From Camelus ferus (Eukaryota), in the NCBI RefSeq assembly GCF_009834535.1, contig NC_045696.1, forward strand, positions 95,606,001 through 95,670,000: a DNA stretch of 64,000 nucleotides. Direction: 5' to 3'. Made by a program: the position numbers and the translations under genes. The notes beneath the pieces were generated by a model. The model worked only from the letters and a program-made list of their open reading frames with translations, did not search any database and was not told where the DNA came from. Positions 1 to 12,469 of the stretch are shown piece after piece; within the stretch, counting starts at the first letter, position 1; every line of letters starts with the position of its first letter.

Positions 1-191
1 TGCCATGACAAAAAAGGAAAAGCATACAAAATTAAATAGAGTAATATTACTATTCCAGGTAAAATATTTAAGTATCTTTAGCATAAAGTCTAAAATAAGT
101 CTAATGAAAATGCTGACACAAATGTCAGATAGGAATATACTGTATTTGGATATGGAATGATGTTGATAGGATCCAAGGTCTGTAATTTCAT

Positions 192-245
<54 letters not shown>

Positions 246-344
246 AAGATAGAAGAAGGAAGGAAGGAAGGAAGGAAGGAAGAAGGAAAGGCAAGGAAGG
301 AAGAAAGAAAGAAAGAACAGAAAGAAAGAAAAGAAAGAAAGAAA

Positions 345-401
<57 letters not shown>

Positions 402-418
402 AAGAAAGAAAGAAAGAA
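192..418. repeat. Compound microsatellite (GATA)13 followed by (GGAA)n/(GAAA)n
   Basis: Read directly: GATA repeats 192-243, then GGAA and GAAA/AGAA tracts to ~418. It generates the spurious ORF 188..532. Confidence 0.97.
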
Positions 419-1479
419 TTTCCCTCCCAAATATATCACTTCATTGCCACAAAATGGCCGCTGCATTTCTAGAATCATTTCCACACTGAATGCAAGAAGG
501 CAGGAACAGACTTTCCTAATGAGACTTTCCATTTTAACTAGAAAGGGAAGGCCTACTTAAATACTGTCCTGATATACTTCTCTCTCCATGACTAATACAA
601 ATGGCCAATTTTACATTATTCACCAGCCAAAGAGAATGCAATTATCCCAAACTGGTTTAGATTAATCACAATTTGTAACCTGAAGATGGAAAGGGGCCTA
701 ACCCTCTCCCCTCTGCCCTCTGCTTCTCACTTTCTGGAAAAATCAAGGTTATGTTTGCATTTAAGGAAAGGGGAAATGGCTCTTGGGTATGTGATGGAGT
801 CTGAAACATTTAGCAGAAAGAAAAATGAACCCAAAAGAAAGTTGTGGGAGACAAGAAGTGAGCAGACACTGATAAAGTATATTGGTAAATCAAATTTTTG
901 TTATTAAAAAATCTACTTTGTAAGTTTGTTTATAAAATGAATAATAGCTGAATTGCTTTGTAATAGAGTAATAAGTGACACTAACTGGTTAAGTTAAAAT
1001 ATGACAGGGTCTTTTTCATCTTCAGGAGAGACTGAAATATTGAATCAAAAGACTTTGTTAAAAAAACATGTAGTTAATATGTTTTCTAAGAATTTAAGAA
1101 TGGAATCTACCAATTCCAAATTAGCAAAGAAAAACCAAACAAGGCTGTTTTTAGAAAACTTGATCACTCCAAAGCCCTAACAACAGAAAAAAAAAAAAAA
1201 AAGAAAGAAAGAACAAAAAGGAAAACATAAGAGGAAATTTGCCAATTAAAAAGTAGAGATTATCAGTTTGAATAAACATAAAAATTCACTTTAGTCATCC
1301 ATAAGAGAGAAAAAGTTGAAAAGAATAAAGCCACACTTGTTTTCTGCTCTCGATCTGAAAATGTTAAATATTGTTGAAACATTTTTATAGAATTTGCTCT
1401 AATAGCATGCTCCTTGAAATCCCACCCTCTCCTGAAATATGTGTTCGACCTTTCTTTATCTTTGTACGACTTCTATTCA

Positions 1480-2410
1480 TATGAATGCGTCCCTGAACAA
1501 TATATTTATCATTTTTATATCATTTTATATTTTTAAACTTAATATGATTGGGAATACAGTATCTAATCTTCTGCAACATTCTGCTTCAACATTGTATTTG
1601 TGAGATTTATACATGTGGATTTTTTTCATTGTTGTTGATGAGTAGTGTTCTATTGTTTAAATAAACAATTCTTCACGTTGGTTACTTAGGGGGTTTTCCC
1701 CCAAATTTTTGTAATTACAAACAATGCTGCTATAAGTTTTCTTCTACAAATCTCCTTGCTCACATATGTAAGTCATTTGGGCTATATACCAAAGAGTGAA
1801 ATTGCTGGTTTATGAGACATGTTTACATATTCAACTTTACTAGATGTTATAGAATTGCTCCAATTTGGAGGTCTTGGATTGTATTCCCACCACCAGGAAT
1901 GAGAATTCCCATTAACTTACATTCCCATTAATTTGATATTGCAAGACTGCTTAGTTTTTACCAATCTTATTGGTATGAAGTTGTTTCTGGTTGTGATTTT
2001 AATTTGCATTTTCCTGCATTTCAATGAGTTTGAGCATAATTTATGCTGTTTATTGGCCAGTTGGTTTTCCTATTTTATGAATTTCCTTTTCATGCCCTTT
2101 GTCCATTTTCCCTTTGGTTTGTGTCTGTATATGTTTTCTTAATTAGTAGAAGTTCACCATATATTCTGCACAATAAGTATTTGTGGAATACATGCATTTC
2201 GAATAACTTCTCCCAGTTACCTTTTCACTTTCATTGTACAGTCTTTTGAGGAACAAAACTTCTTAATATTAGCATCACCTAGTTTGTTAATCTTTCCTTG
2301 AATAGATATTCCTTTAGAGTTTTAAAATTCTTCCTTAGATCAAGATCATGAAGAGAGTTTGCCACATTTTCTTTAAGATGGTTGAAATTTTGGTGTTCTA
2401 CATTTAGTTT
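1480..2410 (-). mobile_element. Old L1 (L1M-type) ORF2 3' end/3'UTR fragment, antisense
   Basis: T-rich strand with typical antisense L1 motifs (gggctatatacc..gaaattgctgg, gtattcccaccaccag, gattttaatttgcattttcctg). Heavily diverged. Confidence 0.8.
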
Positions 2411-5400
2411 CTTTAAAACACCTGGAGCAATGACCAATGTGGAGTCCTTACTCTGGCAGATATTATGTGCACAGAAGCAAGGCTTTCGGCAGCAATTCCT
2501 TTGGGGAACAGGCTTCTCCAACATCTTTCTGATCTGAGTTCAGGACACTGCAGCTCTTGGCGTCTGCTCTCTACCTCCTTATGCAGGGCTGCTTCCTGGG
2601 GCAAGCATGATTCTGGAGCTCTTGGTTATTGCTCATGTATTTTGTTGCCGCATAAACCTATATCCCTTTTCTCCCTCAGCCTCTAGTAATCAACCACTCT
2701 GAAGGTGGCACCTTCTTTTCTCAGGGCTACTCTATTGTACTATCCTTTTAAGAAAGATTTACTCAGTGATTTCCCAGTCCTTTTCTGATCTTGCCTATAA
2801 TGTGACCCATCTATCTAGAAGTTTCATTTACCAAATAAATAAAAAGAGAAGAAAATAAACGTACTAGTTTAAACTCTGGGTTAGACTAATGTGCTTTTAC
2901 TCTACAACCATGGATGCTTTGGCCAGCCAATAAATAAATATTACTTACACTCAGCCAATTTAAATTTTAATGGCTCTGATTTTCTAACTTTATCTACCAA
3001 TATATATAAATGTTAATGTAGGCATAAATCCCTGTTAAAATGTTGAGTTTCATCTTTATAATTCAATTTGGCTATTGATAGTACAAAATAAAGCTCCTAA
3101 TTTGAGCTCCCCTCAAACTGATATGTTTTCCTGGTCTATCCTATGTACTAGTAGTTCAGTTCTGGGGTTCCCTCTATCCCCTCACATAACTCCATCACAT
3201 TCTGAGGAGTCCTCCTATGTCGGGGCTTTGTGCAATGAACACAGAGGTTGATGTGGCTGTGGACACCCTTCTTTGAACCCTGTCTGACTCTGTTATCTCA
3301 TCTAATAAGTTTATATTATACTATGAATTCTTCAACTTCTGTCATCAGGAGGTCTTTACCAGAAAAAGGTGGATGAAAAGAGTTCTGAGGAGTGAAAATT
3401 ATTCCAAACTGTGCTCAAGCAGGAAATTGTAACTGGTGTTTGACAGGGTCTGGCGGTAAAAGACGAGCCTCAAATAGACCTTACTGACGTTCTTCATTCT
3501 TAAGTCAAGGCCACGTTGTTCAGGGCCAAACAGCTAACTGGAAATGCTGGGATCCAAATCCCTGGTTTTACCAAGTTGAGTCAGTTCAGCACAACTAATG
3601 CCTTTTATAATCAACCAGGTTGTGCACCAGGAGCAGAGTGAAAAGGGACCTGACAAGGATGATGCTGATGTAGAACTGGAGGCTCTTGAAGGACATGACA
3701 GGAGGCCTAGGGAAAGGGACTTGAAAAATTCCGCAACTCTTTTCACTCAAATGACGAAAATATCAAGTGTTTTAGAGGGTGAAGAGTCAAAGATGTGAAA
3801 CTCTGTGATAAATGCAGCAAGCTGATGTTCAGTGCACTCTAGGTACTTACAAGTAAGAGAATAAGGAAAATTTATACAATTTAGGAACATCTGCTATGAG
3901 GGGAAATACACTGTGTTCACTTTCTGTTTTCCCCATCCTTTGCATCTCTTACAGTTCAGTTTTACTCATTAGATTCCAGGAAGCAGAAAAGAAATTAAAG
4001 TTGGGTGGAGGCGTTTGGAAGGCAATTTCATAAGGGATTCACAAGGAATCATGTATAAAAAAGTACTGCTCCAGAAGAGGCAGGATAGAAACTAAAGCTG
4101 TTTTCTTAATTGGCCTGGAGAAATCTCTTAGAACCCAGAGGAACTTTCTAGAATTATAGATAAAAGACATTTAGTTCTGTTACTGCATCTGTGAGGATAA
4201 TATTTGATGAGGTGATAATAGATGTAGGGGAGAAAAGGGATGGTTTTATGTAAAATAAATAAAAATGATGTTGAACAGTGAACTAACTCTCAGGAAGTAA
4301 ATGCTTAGTCATACTGAAAACATGTCTGAATCTTCAGAAGATTTTGGATTATAAACTGATGTAGGATTAACACCTTGAGCAATGAGGGGATAATTTACAA
4401 TCTCTTGATGGAGCTAAATCTTCAATGAAGGCAAATTGATGCCAGATAAAAAAACAAAGAGCTGTTTAGTGATTGTGGCAGCATATTAAAAATACATATG
4501 ATTATTTAAATGAATAGAAAATAAAGCAGATCAAAAGAGTGATAAATATAAATGTTAATTACTTAATAATTTATAAATATTTGGATTTAATAAACAGTTA
4601 AGATGTACTAATTCTCTATAACTTACAATTTTTAAAAATCTCTCTACAGCATACACACAACATATGCTCTGTAAGAAATACACATTTACTTAAATTTTTC
4701 TTCTTATGTTAGGTAGAGAGAAGCCCCTTTCAGACAAAAACAGCTGCTTATACATATGCAGCTAATTCAGGTAATAGTTACAAAACATGTTCAAGGCAGA
4801 TAGGATTAATTTACTACTAAGGTGTTTCTCCATGACAAGGGAGACATTCTTACAAGGATTATCAAACTCATTTTCTCTTTTCATTGTTTGAAAAATCAAA
4901 AGATCAAAAACCTATTACATGCAGCCTTGGTTCAATTTGTGCTTCAACTGGTCCACAAGACATTTTTTAGAGATCAAATTATTGAAAATGGAGAAACATA
5001 CTGCAAATGAATAACACTTTTTCCATAAAGGAAAAAAAATCTCTCAAATGTCTGGTATGATGTTCTGTACTCTCAAAGCAGATATATCATGCTTCATAGG
5101 TATACGTTCTATTAAACTTGAATTTAAATTAAGTTCAAGTATATGAACTCTACTTTCTGATTTTTATGATAAAAATTAAGCATATTACTGGGGACATATT
5201 ATCCTAGGTGAAATTTGATTCTTTATAAGCAAAGAAGAAATTTAGAAAGTGCACTAGGCAATTATATATAAACTAACTCTGACGGCGCTATGGAAAAGTT
5301 TATCACTTTCCCTACATTCTCCTCAATCTTTCACAAGCATTTTTTTTTCCTGGCAAAGACTGTGAACACACAGTCACTAACTGAAACATAAGTCATTTCT

Positions 5401-5854
5401 TTTTTCTTTAATATATGTTCTATTTTTTTAATAAGTGGTATAGTTAAATAAAGGAATGCTTTAAACACTCATGAGGTCAAACTCTATACAGCTTTTGACT
5501 AAAACCCCTTGTGAGTTTAAAGTCACTTTTCATAGTAAGGTCAAAAAATGACAAACATTACTAAATCCCTCAACTCTGAGGTTTTGCTACCTTTTTTTTA
5601 TTATATATGCTTAAAATGTTAGATCTCTATGGTTTATGAATATTTTATTAGCTTACTCACAAATTTCCATTTTTAGCTTAAAGTAGTTAAAAAATAAGCT
5701 TGATGGTATTATAATTATATAGTAAGAAAAGGCAATAATATGTTGCAAATAATTGCCATTAATAACCTTACTAGATAATCAATATTCTAATAATCATAAT
5801 TCAGAATTTGCAATTGTTAATATGGCATAACTTTTATGATAACATAAACTAAAG

Positions 5855-5899
5855 TGTGTCCTTTCACCACAATTTGTGTCCTTTCACCACAATTTGTGT
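5855..5899. repeat. Perfect 20-bp tandem duplication (tgtgtcctttcaccacaatt)x2.25
   Basis: Identical units at 5855-5874 and 5875-5894, plus a partial third. Confidence 0.95.
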
Positions 5900-5949
5900 G
5901 TCCTCCCATCAAACTAAGTTTTCAATTAATTAATTAGCTTTCAATATCA

Positions 5950-6180
5950 TTTAACTTCTGTATATACTGATTGTTAAATGTTAATATATTGTTGTATTTA
6001 TAGTATGTTAGGCTATAATATTTGCATTTAGTTATAATTTTAATTGAATAATTTGTATCAAGTTGTATATATTTATGAGGTATATATTGATATATGTGTA
6101 TTATATATAATATTATATAATCTATACTATATATGTGTATTATTATATATAATATAATATATACAATACACATATATAAG
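5950..6180. repeat. AT-rich low-complexity / degenerate (TA)n
   Basis: Runs of tatata/ataat. Source of the I/Y-rich ORF 5934..6173. Confidence 0.85.
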
Positions 6181-6591
6181 TTGAGAAATGTTATTCATAG
6201 AAATTGTTTCTTTATATTTTAGTTTGTTATTACATACATGTTCAATCAGTGCAAATCATGTTTTATACATTAGCTTATGCTTCTAAATTTTCAGGTATCC
6301 CTACACTTTAATGCCTTTAAGTTATCAAAATTAGAAGATTTTTAATGAGTAATATAAACAAAATATAAGTAAAAAAGAGTGCCAATATGTTGAAAGTATA
6401 CTTCTTGATGGAATGAATTAATATACGATAAGATAAGATATTTTTCTTTCAAACTTTGTTCTTGACAGCTAATATTAGGTTTAAAGATACTGATATGGTA
6501 AATGATTTTACACTTTTTCATTCAACAGTTGGTTAAGGGTAGTATCTGACATAGTGTGGTTGTAACAGATTTGTGTCTGTATGTGCATTTT

Positions 6592-7325
6592 TTTTTCATT
6601 TTTAATAGACTTTACTTTTTAGAGCACTTTTAGGTTCACAGAAGAATTGAGCAAAAGATACAGAGTTTTCCCACATACCCTCACCCCACACATGCACAGC
6701 CTCCCCCATTACCAACATTCCCCACTAGAGTGGTACAGTGTTACAATTGATGAGCATACATTGACACATCATTATCACCCAAAGTTCATAGTTTATATTA
6801 TAGCTCATTCTTCGTGTTTTATAGTCTATGGGCTTGGACAAATGCATAAAGACATGTACCCACCATTACAGTAGCATACAGAGTAGTTTCACTGCCTTAA
6901 AAATCCTCTGTGTTCTGCCTATTCATCCTTCCTTCCCTCCTAACTGCTGGTAGCTATTTAAATTTTTTACTGTCTCTAGAGGTTTGCCTTTTCCAGATTT
7001 CATATAGATGGAATCATACAGTATGTAGCTTTTACATATTGGCTTCTTCCACTTTGTAATATGCACTTAAGTTTCCTTCATATCTGTTTATGACTTGAAA
7101 ATTCATTCCTTTGTAGTGCTAAATAATATTCCATTATCTGGATGTACCACAGTTTATTTATCCATTCATTCACTGAAGGACATCTTGTCTGTTTCCAAAT
7201 TTTAGCAATTGTGAAATGAGCTCCTATAAACAGGCTTTTGTGTAGATATAAGTTTTCAGCTCTGTTGGCTAAATACCAAGGAGTTGATGGATCACATGGT
7301 AAGACTACACTTAGTTTTATAAGTT
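6592..7325 (-). mobile_element. L1MC-type 3' end, antisense
   Basis: Starts with poly-T then tttaatagactttactttttagagcacttttaggttcacag. It is the reverse complement of the 3' UTRs at ~11.7-12.46 kb and ~19.2-19.7 kb in this window. Confidence 0.9.
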
Positions 7326-8339
7326 GTAGTAGTTTTAAAATATAGTAGAATTCTAAGTTAGATGCTAGGACAACATCTGTATATTAGGATTTTTAACAGT
7401 GAAAATAAAGAAATACTGACAAAATTGTTTTCCTTGAGTGTAACTAGGCAAGAAAACAAAATTTTAAAAAGTAAAAAAGTTTTTTACCACTTAAAAAAAT
7501 TAGATGCACAAATATAACCAACTGATTATTCTGGAAATATGAAAAGAAATCACCATCAAAACCAATACATAGAAAGTTCCATTTACAATTTTATGGTGAC
7601 CTAGTTTCTCAGACAGACTCTTTCAATGAAAACAACTAGAACACCAAATTAAAATTTAAAATTTTAAATATGGAGATGTACTTACAGAAAAGTAAGAAAT
7701 ACTCAAGCCAAAATCCACTTGAAGGCAGGAATCTTGAGAGTAATCACCACAGGTAACTTTTGAAGAACTGGAGAAACTGAACTTTCCTTTCCATAGCCTC
7801 TAGGGCATCAGGGATTGGAAACAAATCTCTGGGCATCTTCATCAAGTTGAGGCACCTAAAAGGAGACATTTCCCTCAGTTCCAAGACAAATGAATTATCT
7901 TGAATCTTGGCACTGAAAAAAGAAAAAAAAAAAGTCTTTCTCTAAAGTATTACAACCACAAGCCTAACCTTATATCAATTTGGAGTTAGAATTCATACTA
8001 CTCAAATGATTTGAACAAATTCAAGTCAAAAATTTGACTTCATATAACCTCAAATTAGTAATGCACTCAGACAACTTCTAGAAACTAACAGAAGTCCTCT
8101 CAGAGTCTATTTTAACCCAGTTGTCAAAGAATTTCTAACAAGTAGAATTCCAGAGAATTGAAACACTTGACAAGTCAAAATAGAGAAGTAGTAGCAACAA
8201 CAAACAATAAACATGAAAAGACTTTATGTATTGGAATTACCAGGCATAGATATGAAATTAAAATGTTTGTGATAAGTATAAAACAAATACAATTGTGAAA
8301 AAATTTTTTCAAGGAATATGAAATTATAAAGAGCACAAT

Positions 8340-11300
8340 GGGGTTCTGGTCCTGGATCAGATGGAAGAAGCACATCTCGCCCCTTCCCACCGAATGAAAC
8401 TATGAAACCAGGACAGAACACATGGATCAACTATGTCAAGTCTCTGAAATTTGTCCACAATAGGCAGGTTGAAGGAGAATGCTAGAACTTCAAAATAACA
8501 CTGAATAGGCAGTTACCATTTCTTTTCCTCCACTACTCTTGCCTGAATGCACTGCAGCTATAAACTCACAAGTGGGTCCTGTGGCACAGAGCAAGAGAGA
8601 GCTTTTGGATAAGCTATCCTGTTCTGTCTTAAAGACCAGAAACAGGAATTCCACATACTGAGAGGGAGTACAGAAATTCCTCATTTTTTCCCTCTTTCAT
8701 GGGTTCTATTTTCTTGCCCCAGTCCCCAGGGAATTCTTTTGCAGGGAAAGAAAGAGAGCTATGGAAAACTGCAAAAACCAAAACTCTGAGGGAAGGGCAA
8801 CTTCCTCTCCTTTGGTTGTAGTTATAACTTCAGAAGAATGGGAGAAGCCTCATTGCTTTTTATGTCTCTGTCTTCATTCCAGTAGGGCCAGAACATGAGG
8901 CTCATCATGGAAGTACATCACATTGGATAAGTAGTTTCACTAGAGACCCCAGCCAAAAAATGGAGCTCCTGGAGATCAAAGTACTGGGGAGATCATGGAG
9001 AGGAACGAGGTCAAAGAAGTGATCCAATTAAGTCATTTAGGAACTCAGGGCTTACCCTTAATCTGTATGTGCATAGATCTGATCCTAATTATCATCCCAA
9101 AGATTTTGAGAACTAAACTAACAAAACAGAGTAGGTCTGAGACTGACCACTGGGGGTCTTTTTTCTCTCCTGGAGCATAGAAAAGGTTTTAAAACCTGAA
9201 TTAACACCAAAACCATAGCTCACAGTGGGTAGGTTAGAATACGTGGCCTGAAACTAGCACAACAAAAATACCAACATTCTGCATAGAATTTAAACAAGAC
9301 TTAAAGTCTCTTAAAGTAATTCACAATATGTCTAAAATGACTTGGCATAAAAAGAACCACAAATATTTCAATTCACATGGGAAAAAAAATCAGCAGACAC
9401 AGATGCTATTATGACACAAATGTTGGAATTATCTGACAAAGATTTTAAAGTAGCTATTATACAAATGCTCCAAGAAGCAATCATGAACACTCTTGTAATA
9501 AATGTTAAAAAGTTTCAGTACAGAAATAGAAGATGTATAAGAAGAATCAAACTGAAGTTTTAGCATGGGAAAATACAATCACCCCCTCCCACCCCACCAC
9601 AATCTCATTAAATAAGCTCAGTAGCTCAATGAACATGACAGAAAAAAGAGTCAGTGAACTTGAAGACTGAACAATATGTTTAATCCAATTTGAACAATGG
9701 AGAGAATAACATCGGGAAAGATAAATGGAATCACAGGGACTGGTGGGAAAATATAAGAAGGCCCAGCAATATGCCAACAGCATCCCAGAAAGATAGGAGA
9801 CATAGAGTAGTGTTGAGAAAAAGTTAAATAATGGCTGAAAACTCTCCAAGTTTGGGGGGGAAAGTTCTATAAACCTAGAGGTTCAAGAAGCTAAGCAAAT
9901 CTTAAACAGGGTGAACTCAAAGAAATCCATGCCCAGATACATCATAATCAAACTGCTAAAAAACCAAAATAAATGAAAAATATTGAAAGCAGTCAAAGAA
10001 AAATGACCTGTCAACTATAGGGGGAACAATGATTTATATAATTGAGGATTTCTTATCAGAAACATCGAAAGCAAGAAGGAATGGCATGAAATTTTTTAAA
10101 TGTTGAAAGAAAAAACTGTCAACCCATAATTTTATATCTAAATAAAATATCCTTAAGTAGTGTAGGTAAGTTAGAGATAATCTCAGATGAAGGAAGACTA
10201 AGAGAATTTGTACCTATCTGCTGTGAAAGAATCTCTAATGGAAGCTTTTCAGGCAGAAGGGAATTGACTCCAGGAAAAAAGTTGGGACTTCAGGAATGAA
10301 GGAAGAGCAACAGAAAGAGTAATTATCTGGGGAAATGTGATAGATTGGTCTTGCTGTCTCGTGTTCTTTAACCCAGTGGAGACTGGAAATGGGAATCAGA
10401 ATAATGTAAAACAAGGGGGAACAAACAGAAAACAAAAAATAAAATGATAGTTTTAAATCTAAACATATCAATAGTTACATTAAATGTAAATGATCTGAAG
10501 ATACCAATTAAAAGGCAAAGATGGTCAGAATAGACTTTAAAAATGAAGTATATACTGTCTAAAAATAGTCATTTAAAATATAATGTTATAGGTAAGTTGC
10601 AAAATGATATCCTATGCAAAAACTAATCAAAAGAAAGCTGGACTGACTATGATAATATCACAAAGCAGACTTCAGAGCAAAAACATTGCCAGGAATAAAG
10701 ATGGACATTACATAATGAAAAAACTTTTAATTTACCAAGAAGCCATAATAATTCTCAACGTATATGAACAAAGTATATTCAAAATTCACAAAACAAGAGC
10801 CTACATCACTAAAAGGAAAGACAGGCACATTAAAAATTATAGTTGGAAACTTGAACAGTCATTTCTCAGTACTAAAAGTAGTTGAAAGAAAGTTAGCAAG
10901 GATATTGAACAAAGTAACACCATCAACTAACTTGATATACATGATATTTATAGAAATCCACTCAAGAACAGTAAAATACACATCCTTTCCAGGAGCACAG
11001 GGAATATTCACCAAAAATGGATGATATTCTGGATTATAATACACACATTTATCAATATGTAATAATGGAAATCACACAAAGTACATTCTCTGATCATAAT
11101 GAAATTATACTACAAATAAATAACAAAAAGATAACTTGAAAATTAAAATTCAGGATTCAAAATAATCTATGCTTCAGACTGTCTCAAGAGAAATTAGAAA
11201 ATATTTTAACTGAATGAAAATGAAAACACAGCATAATAAACTGTATGGAATTCAGTTAAAGCAGTGCCAAAGGGGAATTTATAACAGTAAACATTAATAA

Positions 11301-12466
11301 CGTAAAAAAGACAAAATTAAAAACTTCTGCTTTGCAAAATGTAATGGCAAGAGAATGAGAAGATAAAACCACAGACTGAGAGAAAATATCTGAAGATGCA
11401 TTTGATAAAGGATTATAGTAAAAAAAATTCAAAGAACTCTTAAAACTAAACAATAAGAAAGTAACCTGATTAAAAAATAAGCCAAAGATCTTAACAGACA
11501 CCTTGCCAAAAAAATATATACAGATTCAAATAAGCATATGAAAAGATGTTCCACGTTGTAAGACATCAGGAAAGTGCAAAATTAAAACAAGGTACCACTA
11601 CACACCTGTTAGAACGGCCATTACCTGAAACACTGACAACAACAAATGCTGGCAAGAAGGTAGAACAATAGGAACTCTCATCCATTGCTGGTGGGAATGC
11701 AAAATGGTACAGCCACTTTGGAATGCAGTTAGGCAGTTTCTTAGAAAACTAAACATACTCTTATCATATGATCCAGCAAATGTATTCTTTGGCATTTACC
11801 CAAAGGTGTTGAAATCTTATGTCCTGCACACAGATGTTTATAGCAGCTTTATTCATAATTGCTAAAACCTGGAAACAACCAAGATGTCCTTCCATAGATG
11901 AATGGCTAAGTAAACTGAGATACATCCAATCAATAGAATATTATTCAATGTCAAACAGACATGCACTATCAAGACATGAAAAAGTACAGAGGAACTTTAA
12001 GTGCATATTACTAAGTGAAATGAGTCAATTTGAAAAAATTATATTCTGTGTAATTCCAACTACACAACATTCTGTAAAAGGTAAAACTACAGAGACAATT
12101 AAAAGATCAGTGATTACATGGGTTTGGGTTGGGGGAGATATGAATAGAGAACAGAGGATTTTTAGGGTAGTGAAACTACTCTGTATGATACCATAATGAT
12201 GGATACATGTCACTATACATTTGTTCAAATTCTTAGAATGTACAGCACAAAGAATGAACCATAATGTAAACTCTGGACTTTGGGTAATTATGGTATGTCG
12301 GTGTAGATTCACCAATTTTAACAAATATACCATTCTGGTGAGTACTGTTGATAATCGGGGAGGTATAATTGTGTAGGGGCAGGGGGCATATAGAAAATCT
12401 TGTATCTTCCACTCAATTTTGTTGTGAAGTTAAAACTGCTCTAAAATTCTTAGTAAAAAAAGAAAA
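8340..12466 (+). mobile_element. Decayed L1 (L1MC/MD-like): 5'UTR, ORF1, ORF2 endonuclease start, then ORF2 C-terminus and 3'UTR
   Basis: ORF1-like region ~9400-10330. Endonuclease-like peptides (NQKKAGLTMII, NKDGHYIM, IIVGNLNSHFSV, YTSFPGAQGIFTK). ORF2 C-terminal peptide MFIAALFIIAKTWKQPRCPSIDEW. A-rich tail ~12455-12466. Many stops and frameshifts. Confidence 0.85.
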
Positions 12467-12469
12467 CAT

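Noticed and set aside
188..532. 114-aa ORF rich in FFLS/IYLS
   Set aside because: It is a translation of the GATA/GAAA microsatellite.
5116..5140. Imperfect palindrome acttgaatttaa-a-ttaagttcaagt
   Set aside because: Short and AT-rich with one mismatch. Compatible with chance, and nothing else supports it.
10604..12333. ORFs with endonuclease-like and ORF2-like peptides
   Set aside because: Fragments of a dead L1 with multiple stops and frameshifts, not host genes.
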